DNA of 64,000 nucleotides, taken from the NCBI GenBank assembly GCA_026391775.1, contig JAPLDK010000054.1:13907-77906 (forward strand). The letters run 5' to 3'. The notes beneath the pieces were generated by a model that did not search any database, had not been told where the DNA came from, and saw only the letters and a list, made by a program, of their open reading frames with translations. Made by a program: the position numbers and the translations under genes. The stretch comes from Bacteroidota bacterium. Its GTDB lineage: Bacteria; Bacteroidota; Bacteroidia; Bacteroidales; FEN-979. This document shows, one piece after another, positions 45,693-56,047 of this stretch; the stretch's first letter is position 1; each line of letters opens with the position of its first letter.

Positions 45693-47444
45693 ATGAAAAA
45701 ACTGTTTCTTGTAATGTTGCTGGGGATGATTTCAGCAGCAGTGGCAGCGCAGATCAATATGACCGTGTCGGATCCCCTGGTACTTCCGGTACTGCTCGGA
45801 AACTACAATCCTGCCCTGTATACCCCTCCCGACATTATCAATAACCCGGATTCAATCCTTCATGGCATTGTAAACAGGTGCTCAAAAGATACCCTCGTTA
45901 AATACCTGAGCAAGATAGACACTTACCATAACAGGAATTCAGGATCCGATACTGTCTCCTCAACCAAAGGAATTGGAGCGGTGAGGCGGTGGATTTACCA
46001 GAAATTCCAGGAATACCAGGCGGCATGCAATAACAGGCTCCTGGTTTCATATATGGACTGGGATGGTACGGTCTGCGGGCAATATCATCACCGAAATGTG
46101 TTTGGGGTTCTGCCCGGACTGGATACAACAAACAAAGAGGTCGTTTTTCTTATGGCCCATTTCGACACCCGCTGCGAAGGTGTATGCGATACAGCCTGTT
46201 ATTCTCCAGGAATGGAGGATAATGGTTCGGGGACCGTCCTGGTGATGGAGCTTGCAAGGATCATGACAAAGTATGCTTTCAACCATACCATCGTGTTTGC
46301 CCTTGTAACTGCCGAGGATCAGGGCTTGTATGGGGCAAAGGCATTTTCTCAATGGATTAAAGACAACAATATCAAGCTAAGGGCTGTCCTGAACAATGAT
46401 GTCATAGGCGGATTTATTTGCGGGCAAACCTCTTCCCCTCCCGGCTGTCCGGGACTTAATTCGATCGACAGCACACATGTAAGGGTATTTTCCTATTCCA
46501 CTTCAAATGATTCTACGGCTGTCTCACCCTGCAAACAACTTGCACGGTATATCCGCCTTCACCAGGAAGAACAGATCAACCCCCTGCTTGCTACGCCGAT
46601 GACAATAGATATCATTATCACTGAAGATAGGGGAGGGAGAAGCGGGGACCATGTCCCTTTCCGCCAGAAGGGATATAATGCCATCAGGTTCACTTCCAGG
46701 AACGAGCATGGAAACGGAACCGGCACACCTCCCGATCGCCAGCATTCGGTCAGGGATATTCTTGGGCTTGACCTAAGTGTTCCTCCCGATGGTATCGTCG
46801 ACAGCTTTTTCGTTGACCCCGGCTACCTTAAGAGAAACCTTATTATGAACGGGGTCAATCTGGGATGGTTGGCTATTGCCCCTCCAAAGCCCCAACCTGA
46901 CTGGATACCCGTTTTGGGGGGCATAGAGATCCGCCTTCACGGGGCCGATTCGGTATACCAGCATTACCGGGTTGGCCTTCGTATAAAACGATCGGGAACG
47001 CTGTATTTTGATACGGTTTACACATTTTATTCAAACCATATCACCATCAGTGGCCTTGATCCCGATAAAACCTGTTTTTTCAGTGTTGCCAATGTTAAGA
47101 ACGGTGTGGAAAGCCTGTTTTGCGATGAATATTCGGTCCTTGCAGTCGGACTTGGCCCCCAGCTTGAAAAGGATTGGGGAATCAGGCTATTGCCGAACAG
47201 CCCAAACCCTTTTTCCGAGCGGACAAACCTGATTGTTGAAGCAGGAATAAATGTTCAAATGAAAAAGGCGTCATTCATCATTCGCGACATCATGGGAAGG
47301 CAGGTACAATCTATTCCGGTGTGCATAAACCCCGGGCTGAACCACCTTGACTTTTCAAATTCAAAAGGCCTGAAAGGGATATACACCTATACTTTGTTCG
47401 ATTCGGGACGCGACATTTGTTCCGGCAAAATGGCCATTTACTGA
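45693..47444 (+). CDS. Secreted M28-family aminopeptidase with T9SS C-terminal sorting domain
   Basis: The track ORF starts at 45537, inside arfB. The ATG at 45693 gives MKKLFLVMLLGMISAAVAAQ (signal peptide). M28 metal-ligand regions: MAHFDTR, PGMEDNGSG, AEDQGLYGA, GDHVPF. The C-terminus LLPNSPNPFSERTNLIVEA...GIYTYTLF...KMAIY matches the Por/T9SS tail pattern. Confidence 0.85.
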   Translation: MKKLFLVMLLGMISAAVAAQINMTVSDPLVLPVLLGNYNPALYTPPDIINNPDSILHGIVNRCSKDTLVKYLSKIDTYHNRNSGSDTVSSTKGIGAVRRWIYQKFQEYQAACNNRLLVSYMDWDGTVCGQYHHRNVFGVLPGLDTTNKEVVFLMAHFDTRCEGVCDTACYSPGMEDNGSGTVLVMELARIMTKYAFNHTIVFALVTAEDQGLYGAKAFSQWIKDNNIKLRAVLNNDVIGGFICGQTSSPPGCPGLNSIDSTHVRVFSYSTSNDSTAVSPCKQLARYIRLHQEEQINPLLATPMTIDIIITEDRGGRSGDHVPFRQKGYNAIRFTSRNEHGNGTGTPPDRQHSVRDILGLDLSVPPDGIVDSFFVDPGYLKRNLIMNGVNLGWLAIAPPKPQPDWIPVLGGIEIRLHGADSVYQHYRVGLRIKRSGTLYFDTVYTFYSNHITISGLDPDKTCFFSVANVKNGVESLFCDEYSVLAVGLGPQLEKDWGIRLLPNSPNPFSERTNLIVEAGINVQMKKASFIIRDIMGRQVQSIPVCINPGLNHLDFSNSKGLKGIYTYTLFDSGRDICSGKMAIY

Positions 47445-47475
47445 AACCAATCAGAAGATTTAAAATAATAGCCAA

Positions 47476-49737
47476 ATGACAGACAATCAGAAACTGACAG
47501 AGGCAATAATAAGATGGTCTCTCACAGGGAAAAGCCTGGCCTTGCTCTGCATGATGCTCATTATGCACGAATCGGTTTGCGCTCAAACGGTGACCATCAC
47601 CTCCAAACGGCCTTCGGTGGGACTTGTGCTCAGCGGGGGCGGAGCCAAGGGCTTTGCATATGTAGGACTTCTCAGGGTAATACAGGAAGCCGGACTTCCG
47701 ATCGACTATATAGGCGGTTCAAGTATTGGAAGCATTATCGGCGGGTTGTATGCGATAGGATACCATCCCGACTCCATTGCCAAAATGATCAGGTCCCAGG
47801 ACTGGAACGACCTCCTGAAAGATAATGTTGACCGTAGGTACGTCGCTTTCGATGAGAAGGAGTACGGTGAAAAAACCATCGTAAGGCTCCCTATCCGAAA
47901 TAAAAAACTGGGACTTGGATCTTCGATGTACCAGGGGCAGGAAATCAACCTTCTCCTGAACAAGTATTTCTCTCCCGCCTATAAAACCTATGATTTTACT
48001 CAACTTCAAACACCTTTTCTCTGCATTGGCACCGATCTTCTCAACGGGACAGGGGTGATCCTGAACAAGGGATATCTTCCCATGGCAATCAGGGCAAGCA
48101 TGTCGATCCCCGGCTATTTCTCACCCACCGATTATATGGGATTATATCTTGTGGATGGCGGGGTCGTGAATAATTACCCGGTTAAAGAAGTCAAGGATAT
48201 GGGGGCAAAGATCATTGTAGGAGGAGATGTCCAATCGGGCTTGTACAAACGCGATCAGCTCAATTCAATTACGGCTATTGCCGACCAGATCACATCGTTT
48301 GCTCGCATGGAAGCCAACAGGGTAGGAGACAGCCTCACCGACCTGAAAGTCAGGTTCAAAATGGAATACGGCATGATGGATTTTGAAAAATATGATTCCA
48401 TTATTGCCTTTGGAGAAAGGGTCGCCCGCTCCCATTTTAAAGAGATAAAAGCCCTTGCCGATTCCCTGAATGCCATTGAATACAAACCTTTGAAAACATA
48501 TCAGACCAAACCACTGGATTCAGTGCGGGTCGACAGTATCATCATCAGGGGAAACAAAAATCTGCATAATTATTATTTCACCAGTCTTTTCAGAAAAAGC
48601 AGGAAAAATAATAAAATGGCGATCAAAGACCTGCAGAATAACATCCGCAAATTATACGGATCGGGGTATTTTGAGCATGTATTTTACTCATTTGAGCAAA
48701 TAAACGGCAAATCCGATCTCGTAATCGAAGCCTATGAAAGTGGCCCCGGATCCCTGGCTGCAGGCCTCCATTTCGATAACGACTACAATGTAGGGCTTAT
48801 CCTCAGTGGCGCTTTCAGGAATGTACTGGGAAGGAATTCCAAGCTTTTTGCCGACCTGAACATTGGACCGGACCCCCGCGTGCGTATTGTGTATTTGCTG
48901 GGCTTTGGTGGAAAAGCAGCCGTCGGTCTCAGTGCCGACTTTTATTCATTCAATTTCGGTGATTACGATAAAAATGTAAGGATCAACCAGCTCAATTTTA
49001 CCAATAACAAAGGCAGTTTCTTTTTTCAGTATACCTTTAAAAATATGCTTAACCTGAAAGCCGGGTTCGATTACGAATACTTCAGGTTTCAGCAGGATGT
49101 TGATGTAGATACAAGCCTTTATCCCTATGAACATTTCTCAAGTTATGGAACTGTCTTCCTTTCACTGAATGCCGATTCCCGTGACCGGCCGTATTTTGCG
49201 AGGAATGGGGCTACCGTAACGCTCAGAGGAGAATATGTAATGCCGCTTTCAGACAACTGGTCACAGGAAATCTTCGCTAATGCCGGGGTTTTTTACCTGA
49301 AATATGATCATTATATACCTTTGTCGCGGAAATTAGTTTTGAGTCCGGGATTGTTTGCGGGAGGTGCAATATGGGAAGACAATCAGCCCCCCTTGCAACA
49401 TATTTTTGGAGTCGGGGGATTATGTTCCCGCAATTACATTGACCAGTATGTAAGTTTTACCGGCGTGCAATTCATTCAGCAATTCGGCTATTATTCGGCC
49501 ATTGCCAGGCTAAAGCTGCAGTATAACGTTTACAAGAATTTATTCGTCACCGCCAGGGCAGATTTCGGAAGTGATGAGAAAGAATTCTCAGAGGTTTTCA
49601 AGTCAAGAAACCTGATGTGTGGTTATGGTCTCACTGCCAGCTATAACAGTTTTATCGGCCCGGTTGAATTAACCCTGATGGGCTCAAACGTGAACCCGGG
49701 ACCCATGATATTCGTGAACATAGGATACAGCTTTTAA
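47476..49737 (+). CDS. Patatin-like phospholipase fused to a BamA/surface-antigen-like beta-barrel
   Basis: GLVLSGGGAKGFAYVGLL (oxyanion glycines), GGSSIGSIIG (G-x-S-x-G), and LVDGGVVNNYP (Asp of the catalytic dyad). A POTRA-like segment and a long beta-rich C-terminus follow, ending in GYSF (terminal aromatic residue, as in outer-membrane barrels). Confidence 0.85.
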   Translation: MTDNQKLTEAIIRWSLTGKSLALLCMMLIMHESVCAQTVTITSKRPSVGLVLSGGGAKGFAYVGLLRVIQEAGLPIDYIGGSSIGSIIGGLYAIGYHPDSIAKMIRSQDWNDLLKDNVDRRYVAFDEKEYGEKTIVRLPIRNKKLGLGSSMYQGQEINLLLNKYFSPAYKTYDFTQLQTPFLCIGTDLLNGTGVILNKGYLPMAIRASMSIPGYFSPTDYMGLYLVDGGVVNNYPVKEVKDMGAKIIVGGDVQSGLYKRDQLNSITAIADQITSFARMEANRVGDSLTDLKVRFKMEYGMMDFEKYDSIIAFGERVARSHFKEIKALADSLNAIEYKPLKTYQTKPLDSVRVDSIIIRGNKNLHNYYFTSLFRKSRKNNKMAIKDLQNNIRKLYGSGYFEHVFYSFEQINGKSDLVIEAYESGPGSLAAGLHFDNDYNVGLILSGAFRNVLGRNSKLFADLNIGPDPRVRIVYLLGFGGKAAVGLSADFYSFNFGDYDKNVRINQLNFTNNKGSFFFQYTFKNMLNLKAGFDYEYFRFQQDVDVDTSLYPYEHFSSYGTVFLSLNADSRDRPYFARNGATVTLRGEYVMPLSDNWSQEIFANAGVFYLKYDHYIPLSRKLVLSPGLFAGGAIWEDNQPPLQHIFGVGGLCSRNYIDQYVSFTGVQFIQQFGYYSAIARLKLQYNVYKNLFVTARADFGSDEKEFSEVFKSRNLMCGYGLTASYNSFIGPVELTLMGSNVNPGPMIFVNIGYSF

Positions 49738-49750
49738 AAAGAAAATTGAA

Positions 49751-51628
49751 ATGCCCACCCTGCTGCAGGTTGAAAATCTTACGCGTCATTTCGGTGAGAA
49801 AATACTGTTTGAAAATATCAGCTTCTCCATCAACCAATATCAGAAAGTTGCGTTGATAGCAGGTAATGGTGCAGGCAAAACCTCCCTTCTCAGCATCATT
49901 AACGGCAGCGAGCCTTCCGACGGAGGCACTGTCACTCTCTTCAACCAGGCCAGCATGGCTTACCTCAGGCAGGAACCGGTTCTTAATGAGAGCCTGACAG
50001 TTTTTGACGAGGTATATGCAACCTCCAACGACACACTTAAAACCATTCATGATTATGAGGAAGCCCTCGAATTGCCCGACAGGAACCTGCTGTCGAAGGC
50101 AATGGAAAGGATGGACGCAATAAACGGATGGGATTATGAGAACCGGATCAAACAAATCCTTACCCGTCTTAGCCTGACCAACCTTCACCAAGCTGTATCG
50201 GCATTGTCGGGGGGGCAGAAGAAACGCCTGGCCCTTGCCAAAACCCTGATCACCGAACCCGATTTTCTGATCCTGGATGAGCCTACCAATCATCTTGACA
50301 TCGATATGATAGAATGGCTTGAGGAATATCTTACACGCAACCAGGTGACCCTGCTGATGGTAACTCATGACCGCTACTTCCTTAACAGGGTTTGCGACGA
50401 AATTCTGGAGATGGAAAACGGCCGGCTGTTCAGGCATAAGGGCAATTACGAGTATTTCCTTGAGAAATCCCAGGAGCGTAAGGAAAACGAAACCCAGGAG
50501 ACCGAAAAAGCAAGAAACATACTTCGGACGGAAGCTGAATGGATGAGACGCATGCCGAAAGCCCGGACTACCAAATCGAAGGCCCGTATTGACTCATTTT
50601 ACGAACTGAAGGAAAAGGCTGCAAATAAAACCTGGGAGCGTAACATGACTCTGGGCATGGAAGGTGAGCGCATGGGGAAGAAGATACTTGAAATTCATGA
50701 TGTCAGTTTTTCCTGGGGTGATTTGCCTATTCTTGAGCACTTCGGATATATTTTCAAGCGTCGCGAAAAGATAGGCATCATCGGCAAGAACGGTTCGGGG
50801 AAATCAACCTTCCTCGACATAGTCACTTCAAGGATACACCCTCAGAAAGGAACGGTTGAAACCGGAGGCACTATTAAATTCGGGCACTACAGGCAGGACG
50901 GGATTGTGTTTGATGAGCAGACAAGGATGATCGACGTGGTGAAAGAAATAGCCGACGTAGTTCAGCTCAGTAATGGTGATAAAGTCTCGGCAGCCCATTT
51001 CCTTAACTATTTCATGTTCCCCTATCCCATGCACTATCAGTTCGTGTATAAGCTCAGCGGGGGTGAAAAGAGAAGGCTTTACCTGGTAACCGTCTTGATG
51101 CGGAACCCAAACTTCCTTATCCTGGACGAACCTACCAATGACCTCGATATACTCACACTGAATATTCTTGAGGATTACCTGGCTTCCTTCCAGGGATGCG
51201 TGCTGGTTGTTACCCATGACCGCTTTTTCCTGGATAAGATAGTTGACCATCTCTTCGTATTTGAAGGCAATGCGGTTCTGAAGGATTTTCCCGGGAACTA
51301 CAGCCAGTACAGGGAATGGGCCGATCAGAAAAAACGACAGGCAGCACTTGCCAGGGTGGGCGCCGCAAAGGAACCCGCTCCCTCATCCGCTATGACCAGG
51401 CCAAAAAAACCAGGCCTGAGCTATAAAGAAAATGTTGAGTTCGAAACCCTTGAAAAAGAGATCCATGATCTTGAAGTGGAGAAGCAATTCCTTGAAACTG
51501 CCCTGGGTTCGGGAATATTGGACCAGCAGGAACTGATGGAAAAATCGCAGCGCTTTTCGTCTGTAATTTCCGGGATCGACAGCAAAACAGAACGCTGGAT
51601 GGAGCTTAGCGAGAAAAACCTGGAATAA
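49751..51628 (+). CDS. ABC-F family ATPase (two ABC domains, no TM; Uup/YbiT-like)
   Basis: Walker A GNGAGKTSLL and GKNGSGKSTFL. Signatures LSGGQKKRLALA and LSGGEKRRLYL. Walker B ILDEPTNHLD and ILDEPTNDLD. A charged linker and a C-terminal coiled coil are present. Confidence 0.9.
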   Translation: MPTLLQVENLTRHFGEKILFENISFSINQYQKVALIAGNGAGKTSLLSIINGSEPSDGGTVTLFNQASMAYLRQEPVLNESLTVFDEVYATSNDTLKTIHDYEEALELPDRNLLSKAMERMDAINGWDYENRIKQILTRLSLTNLHQAVSALSGGQKKRLALAKTLITEPDFLILDEPTNHLDIDMIEWLEEYLTRNQVTLLMVTHDRYFLNRVCDEILEMENGRLFRHKGNYEYFLEKSQERKENETQETEKARNILRTEAEWMRRMPKARTTKSKARIDSFYELKEKAANKTWERNMTLGMEGERMGKKILEIHDVSFSWGDLPILEHFGYIFKRREKIGIIGKNGSGKSTFLDIVTSRIHPQKGTVETGGTIKFGHYRQDGIVFDEQTRMIDVVKEIADVVQLSNGDKVSAAHFLNYFMFPYPMHYQFVYKLSGGEKRRLYLVTVLMRNPNFLILDEPTNDLDILTLNILEDYLASFQGCVLVVTHDRFFLDKIVDHLFVFEGNAVLKDFPGNYSQYREWADQKKRQAALARVGAAKEPAPSSAMTRPKKPGLSYKENVEFETLEKEIHDLEVEKQFLETALGSGILDQQELMEKSQRFSSVISGIDSKTERWMELSEKNLE

Positions 51629-51641
51629 AATTAAAGCTTCT

Positions 51642-53306
51642 TTATTCTTCCGATGCCTGTGTTTTCTTTTTCCTCAGGAATTTTGTGAAATACAATGAAG
51701 TCCCGAAAAGTACGACAGCAAGGAACAGAAAAGCGATTACCCGGTAGCCGACTTCCATATGCGCCAGGTCCACCACAAACAGGTATACTGCGGTGATGAG
51801 GAGCATTGCAATTGCCATCCAGCGGTACTTTCTGTTTTTAAGAACAAGGCTGAGGATAAAATACAGTATGGCTGCCCCTGTCCATGACGGGGTCACATAT
51901 TGTGAAGGCACAACTTTATATAATGCAAAAGCAAAAGTGAAAAACAGGCAGAACAGGTAGATCGTCCGGAAATTCTCGGTTTTCAGTTCAAGGCGCATTT
52001 TCTGCCAGTTGATGATTCTTGCCGTCAGGAAAGCTGAAAGTGCGAAAGTGAAATTCACTGTATCAAGATATGTACCTGATATCATATATACCAGGAGCAT
52101 TCCGACAAACAGGATGGTATTGACCACGACAATGAACTGGCTGCGGAACCAGAGTGCCCAGGATACGACCAGAACACTCTGCAGGGAAAGGAAGAAATAC
52201 GCTCCGGGCAAACCGGTATATCCGTATACGGCGGCACTCAGGGCCAGGAAACTGAAGATCGCATAGAATGCAGAATCAAAAACCCTTTCGGTCCGGAATT
52301 TCAGGAAAATGGAATATGCAAGACAGGCTATGAAAACACCTGCAAAGATCCCGCTATAACTTTTCATATAGAATAACAGCACATCCAGCATGAGGACCAG
52401 GAAGAAAAAGATCCCGTTAACCAGGACAGATGAACTGTAAACATTTGCTTTGAACCGTTCATCCTGTTTTACAAGCGGTGTCAGGGAAAATATCATACCG
52501 TAAGAGAAAAGGTATATCAGGTTGAACTGGGTTGCCTGGATACCACCTATGGGATGTCCCATTACAGGGTTACCCATCAGCCATAGGATATGTGATAAAT
52601 AAACTGCTATGATTGAAAATATCATCTGCCTCCACCATCCGTAACGGTAGAATAGCCAGAAGGAAGTTGCAGCCGCGATAGTCAGCATGGGCAGGGATTC
52701 ATGGGTTGTGTCGCAGAAAACCGATGTAGCCAGGATCAGGAAAACTGCGATTGATGCTAAAAGTTCAGATTTCAGCAGGGTCGACCTGTATAGCTGGAAC
52801 CCAATAACAATCAAAAGCAGAAATACCACTGCTTCTTTAAAAGGAATTACCTGAGGGCTGCTGAAAAAATACAGGCGCATGGTAACAAAAAACAATAAGA
52901 GATGGGTGCCGATATTGAGCATATAGGCAAGATGCTCGTGGGAATTTTTGAGATATCGTGAAAGGGTATAAACCCCTGCGACAGCAATATAACCGATGAA
53001 GCTTGAAAAGTAGCTGCCCATTTGCTTTTGGATGAACATCATCAAGAAGCCGATCCCGAATAAAAGGACCACGATACCGATCCACGACAGGCCATATTCA
53101 AGGATATTTGATTCGATCGTAGTTTCGTCAACAGAAACAGTTTCACCACCGGAAAACCCCGCATCCTCAATGCTCTTCATTAACGATTGTTGTCGGGAAC
53201 CTGAAAGGACTTTGTCTTCCAGGGCAGAAAGCCGTTCTTCAAGTCGGGCTAATTTCTCAGAAATTTTTCCAAACTCCTGATTATCTGCTGTTTCAGTCTG
53301 TGGCAT
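51642..53306 (-). CDS. Polytopic membrane protein with N-terminal coiled coil (DUF2339-like)
   Basis: The N-terminus contains LARLEERLSALEDKV, followed by about 16 hydrophobic helices. No catalytic motif is recognisable. It starts 30 nt after the cytochrome c stop on the same strand. Confidence 0.6.
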   Translation of the reverse strand: MPQTETADNQEFGKISEKLARLEERLSALEDKVLSGSRQQSLMKSIEDAGFSGGETVSVDETTIESNILEYGLSWIGIVVLLFGIGFLMMFIQKQMGSYFSSFIGYIAVAGVYTLSRYLKNSHEHLAYMLNIGTHLLLFFVTMRLYFFSSPQVIPFKEAVVFLLLIVIGFQLYRSTLLKSELLASIAVFLILATSVFCDTTHESLPMLTIAAATSFWLFYRYGWWRQMIFSIIAVYLSHILWLMGNPVMGHPIGGIQATQFNLIYLFSYGMIFSLTPLVKQDERFKANVYSSSVLVNGIFFFLVLMLDVLLFYMKSYSGIFAGVFIACLAYSIFLKFRTERVFDSAFYAIFSFLALSAAVYGYTGLPGAYFFLSLQSVLVVSWALWFRSQFIVVVNTILFVGMLLVYMISGTYLDTVNFTFALSAFLTARIINWQKMRLELKTENFRTIYLFCLFFTFAFALYKVVPSQYVTPSWTGAAILYFILSLVLKNRKYRWMAIAMLLITAVYLFVVDLAHMEVGYRVIAFLFLAVVLFGTSLYFTKFLRKKKTQASEE

Positions 53307-53336
53307 AAGTCTATCTCCTTTCAGGTTCCCGGCAGC

Positions 53337-53735
53337 TTATTTAAGTTTCCTGAGATAATCAACAAGAGCCCAGCGTTCATTATCTTCTGTGATGGTTTTG
53401 CCGAAAGCGGGCATCTTTTCTCTGCCTGTTGTGATTTTATAAAAAATCTCCCCATCGGCCTGTGACTGGAATTCTTTTGCTGTAAAGTCGCCGCATGATG
53501 TGCCGAGAGTTGCAGCTTTCGGGCCATCTCCCAGGCCATCCTTTCCATGACAGGATCTGCAATGCTTGGCATACAGGTCTTTGCCTGTGCTTACATCCCC
53601 GGCATTGGTATTTTTCATTGTTTTGTATTTATCCGGTGCAACCCATTTTGCCGGTTTCTGTGCAAAGCCAATAAGGCAAATAGCGTTCAGCATTAGAAAT
53701 ATTGCAAGTAAACGGCTTACGTTCTTCATTTTCAT
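53337..53735 (-). CDS. Monoheme class I c-type cytochrome, secreted
   Basis: Signal peptide MKMKNVSRLLAIFLMLNAICLIGFAQ, a single CRSCHG (CxxCH) motif, and a distal Met region EKMPAFG. Confidence 0.8.
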   Translation of the reverse strand: MKMKNVSRLLAIFLMLNAICLIGFAQKPAKWVAPDKYKTMKNTNAGDVSTGKDLYAKHCRSCHGKDGLGDGPKAATLGTSCGDFTAKEFQSQADGEIFYKITTGREKMPAFGKTITEDNERWALVDYLRKLK

Positions 53736-53780
53736 AAGTACCTCCTGATTTAAATTAATTTGTTAATATTTGATTGTTGT

Positions 53781-56036
53781 TTATTTGGATCCAATTTGAG
53801 CCTGTTCTTCTTTTAATGCCTTGTTCCCGAGCCACCTTATCCTGAAAATAGTAATGATGGCATAAGTAAAATGAAACCAGACAAGTGACAGCAGTACAAT
53901 TAGGGTATATACCATCCAGAGTGGAGCATTGGTGTCGCCAAGACCGCGTTTAATGATCACATCGGGGGGAAGTGGTTTGCCCCAGGCCATGGTTGCACTC
54001 ACTTCGGCACTGCCGTAATTATCATTATCTTCGAATTTGGCTACAACCGGCAGGTTCCCTGCAGAATCTCCCGGAAGTGTGACCGGGAAATCAAGGTCGG
54101 CATGCCCGCTTTTAACCGCTTGCTCACCTATTTTCAAGGATGAAAAAGTCCTTGGCACATAAAATATTACCGTGGATCCTTCAATGGGAATGGAATCACC
54201 TTTCTGGTTGATCTCAACTGCAAACAGGTTAATCAGCTTCGAGCTGTCTTTTTGCGAAAATGTGATCTTCATGAACACATCACGGATTTCTGTGGAAGAT
54301 TCCGATGGCTGAAACTCCTTACTTCCTTCATAGGTTGCCGAATAGCTGTATTTCCCTTCTTTGTTCCTGGGAACATCGAGTTTGCCGGGCAGGGTGAACG
54401 TTGCCTTTCCTGCTTCGTCGGTTGATTCTTTTCCGAGCAATACCTTGTCCTTCTCACCCTGAATAAAAAAACTTACCTGCATGCCCTGGAGGGGGATGGT
54501 CTGGTCATCCTTTTTACTGGTGAGTTTAGTCGTCAGCATGCGGGTTCCGGATTTATTAAGGAATTCAAGTTTCAGCCTCGATTTCACCGGATCCTGAGCC
54601 CGGCATACAAGTGAAGAGGAAAGTATCATCAGAATGACAATGCCCACGACTACATTCTTTTCCTTTCTTGTCTTGCTGATCAGCCGGCGAAGAATACGTT
54701 CCCTGGCGAGTTTTCTCAGTTTAAAATAATCTCTTTCTTCGGATACCGGTACCCTTACTACAGGTACAATGGGCAGGAATTTCGAAAAGAGAAAGAATAA
54801 GAGTAACCAAATAGCGATTCCCATCGCCGTGAGCGACCATTCAACCCAGCTGGGTGAATAACTTGCAAATTCCGGCCTCAGATCATGGAGTGGAAGCAGA
54901 GGTGTTTCAAGGGTAGGTATGATGATGAGGTAACGCTTGACCCAGAGGGCGGTTACAGCGATCAAAGCGGCAAATACAATGGTATTGATATTCCTTAAAC
55001 GCGGCATTGCGATCAGGCCGATGGGTAGCAGGACTCCAATAAAAGCTGAGAAAAAGAACCACCACCAATAGGTTGATGCATCAAAGAGGCGGTACAGGAC
55101 TTCCATGTCCCATTTCACACTGCCGTACCAGTTGGTCAGATATTCACTGAAAGTAAAATAACCATACAGGGCTCCAAGGATCATAAGCAGAATGCCCAGG
55201 TAATTAAAATGATTCTTGGTGATAACGGCTTCGAGATGATATATCTTACGGAACACGAACATGACTAAGATCAGAACTCCGGTGCCCGAGTATACTGCAG
55301 CAAGAACAAAGTACGGGGCGAAAATGGTGCTGTGCCAGCCCGGACGGAGTGTCATGCCGAAAATCCAGGCAAGGACGGAGTGGACCAGGATAGCCAGGGG
55401 GATGATCACGATGGAGATCAGGTCGATAAGCTGGTTTAAGAGTTCACGCTGCTTTGGGGTATCGCGGTAGTTGGCCGACATGAATTTATAGATGCGGTTG
55501 CGCCATCTTCCAATGCCTATGGGGTGATCCCTCATAAAGGCAAGGTCACGTACGCAGGCCAGGTACAGGAAGATAAAACTGCCGATGAGATAGGTTGATA
55601 TGGCAATCACATCCCAGACAATAGGCGATTGTATCCTGCCGTATACAAATAGATGCCATACCCTTTCGAGCCGTCCCATACTGAGGAAAATATAACTGGG
55701 CCCGATCAAAGTTGAAATAACCGTGATAGTCTCAGCCATCCGCAAAATAGGATGCCTCCATTCAACCCTGAGCAGATGCAGAATACCTGAGATCAGGGCG
55801 CCAGCGTAACTTATCCCGATGAAGAAAATGAAGTTGGCATCATATATGCCCCAGATCACGTAATCGCGCATTCCGGTAACAACCTGGCCTTTCGATAACT
55901 GTGTATATAAAGCATAAGTCCCCCAGGCGATTATCATGACCATGGCAGTGATGAAAAAATACCCGTACCTGCCTATGGATTCAAGCTGAGGCTTAAACGT
56001 CTCGTAGTTTTTATATGTTTTGCTGTTGTATTCCAT
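53781..56036 (-). CDS. NrfD/PsrC-family quinone-interacting membrane subunit with a ~320-aa C-terminal extension
   Basis: aa 1-425 show the NrfD-family helix pattern (TGMRDYVIWGIYDANFIFFIGISYAGALISG, RPGWHSTIFAPYFVLAAVYSG). Next comes a basic linker, one TM helix (VVVGIVILMILSSSLV), about 225 aa of beta-rich sequence with two similar repeats, and a final TM hairpin (LWMVYTLIVLLSLVWFHFTYAIITIF). Confidence 0.8.
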   Translation of the reverse strand: MEYNSKTYKNYETFKPQLESIGRYGYFFITAMVMIIAWGTYALYTQLSKGQVVTGMRDYVIWGIYDANFIFFIGISYAGALISGILHLLRVEWRHPILRMAETITVISTLIGPSYIFLSMGRLERVWHLFVYGRIQSPIVWDVIAISTYLIGSFIFLYLACVRDLAFMRDHPIGIGRWRNRIYKFMSANYRDTPKQRELLNQLIDLISIVIIPLAILVHSVLAWIFGMTLRPGWHSTIFAPYFVLAAVYSGTGVLILVMFVFRKIYHLEAVITKNHFNYLGILLMILGALYGYFTFSEYLTNWYGSVKWDMEVLYRLFDASTYWWWFFFSAFIGVLLPIGLIAMPRLRNINTIVFAALIAVTALWVKRYLIIIPTLETPLLPLHDLRPEFASYSPSWVEWSLTAMGIAIWLLLFFLFSKFLPIVPVVRVPVSEERDYFKLRKLARERILRRLISKTRKEKNVVVGIVILMILSSSLVCRAQDPVKSRLKLEFLNKSGTRMLTTKLTSKKDDQTIPLQGMQVSFFIQGEKDKVLLGKESTDEAGKATFTLPGKLDVPRNKEGKYSYSATYEGSKEFQPSESSTEIRDVFMKITFSQKDSSKLINLFAVEINQKGDSIPIEGSTVIFYVPRTFSSLKIGEQAVKSGHADLDFPVTLPGDSAGNLPVVAKFEDNDNYGSAEVSATMAWGKPLPPDVIIKRGLGDTNAPLWMVYTLIVLLSLVWFHFTYAIITIFRIRWLGNKALKEEQAQIGSK

Positions 56037-56047
56037 GCTGTGAAATA

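Noticed and set aside
49652-50437. 261-aa minus-strand ORF opposite the ABC-F gene
   Set aside because: It is fully antisense to a gene with two complete Walker A / signature / Walker B sets. It has no motifs of its own and no promoter box.
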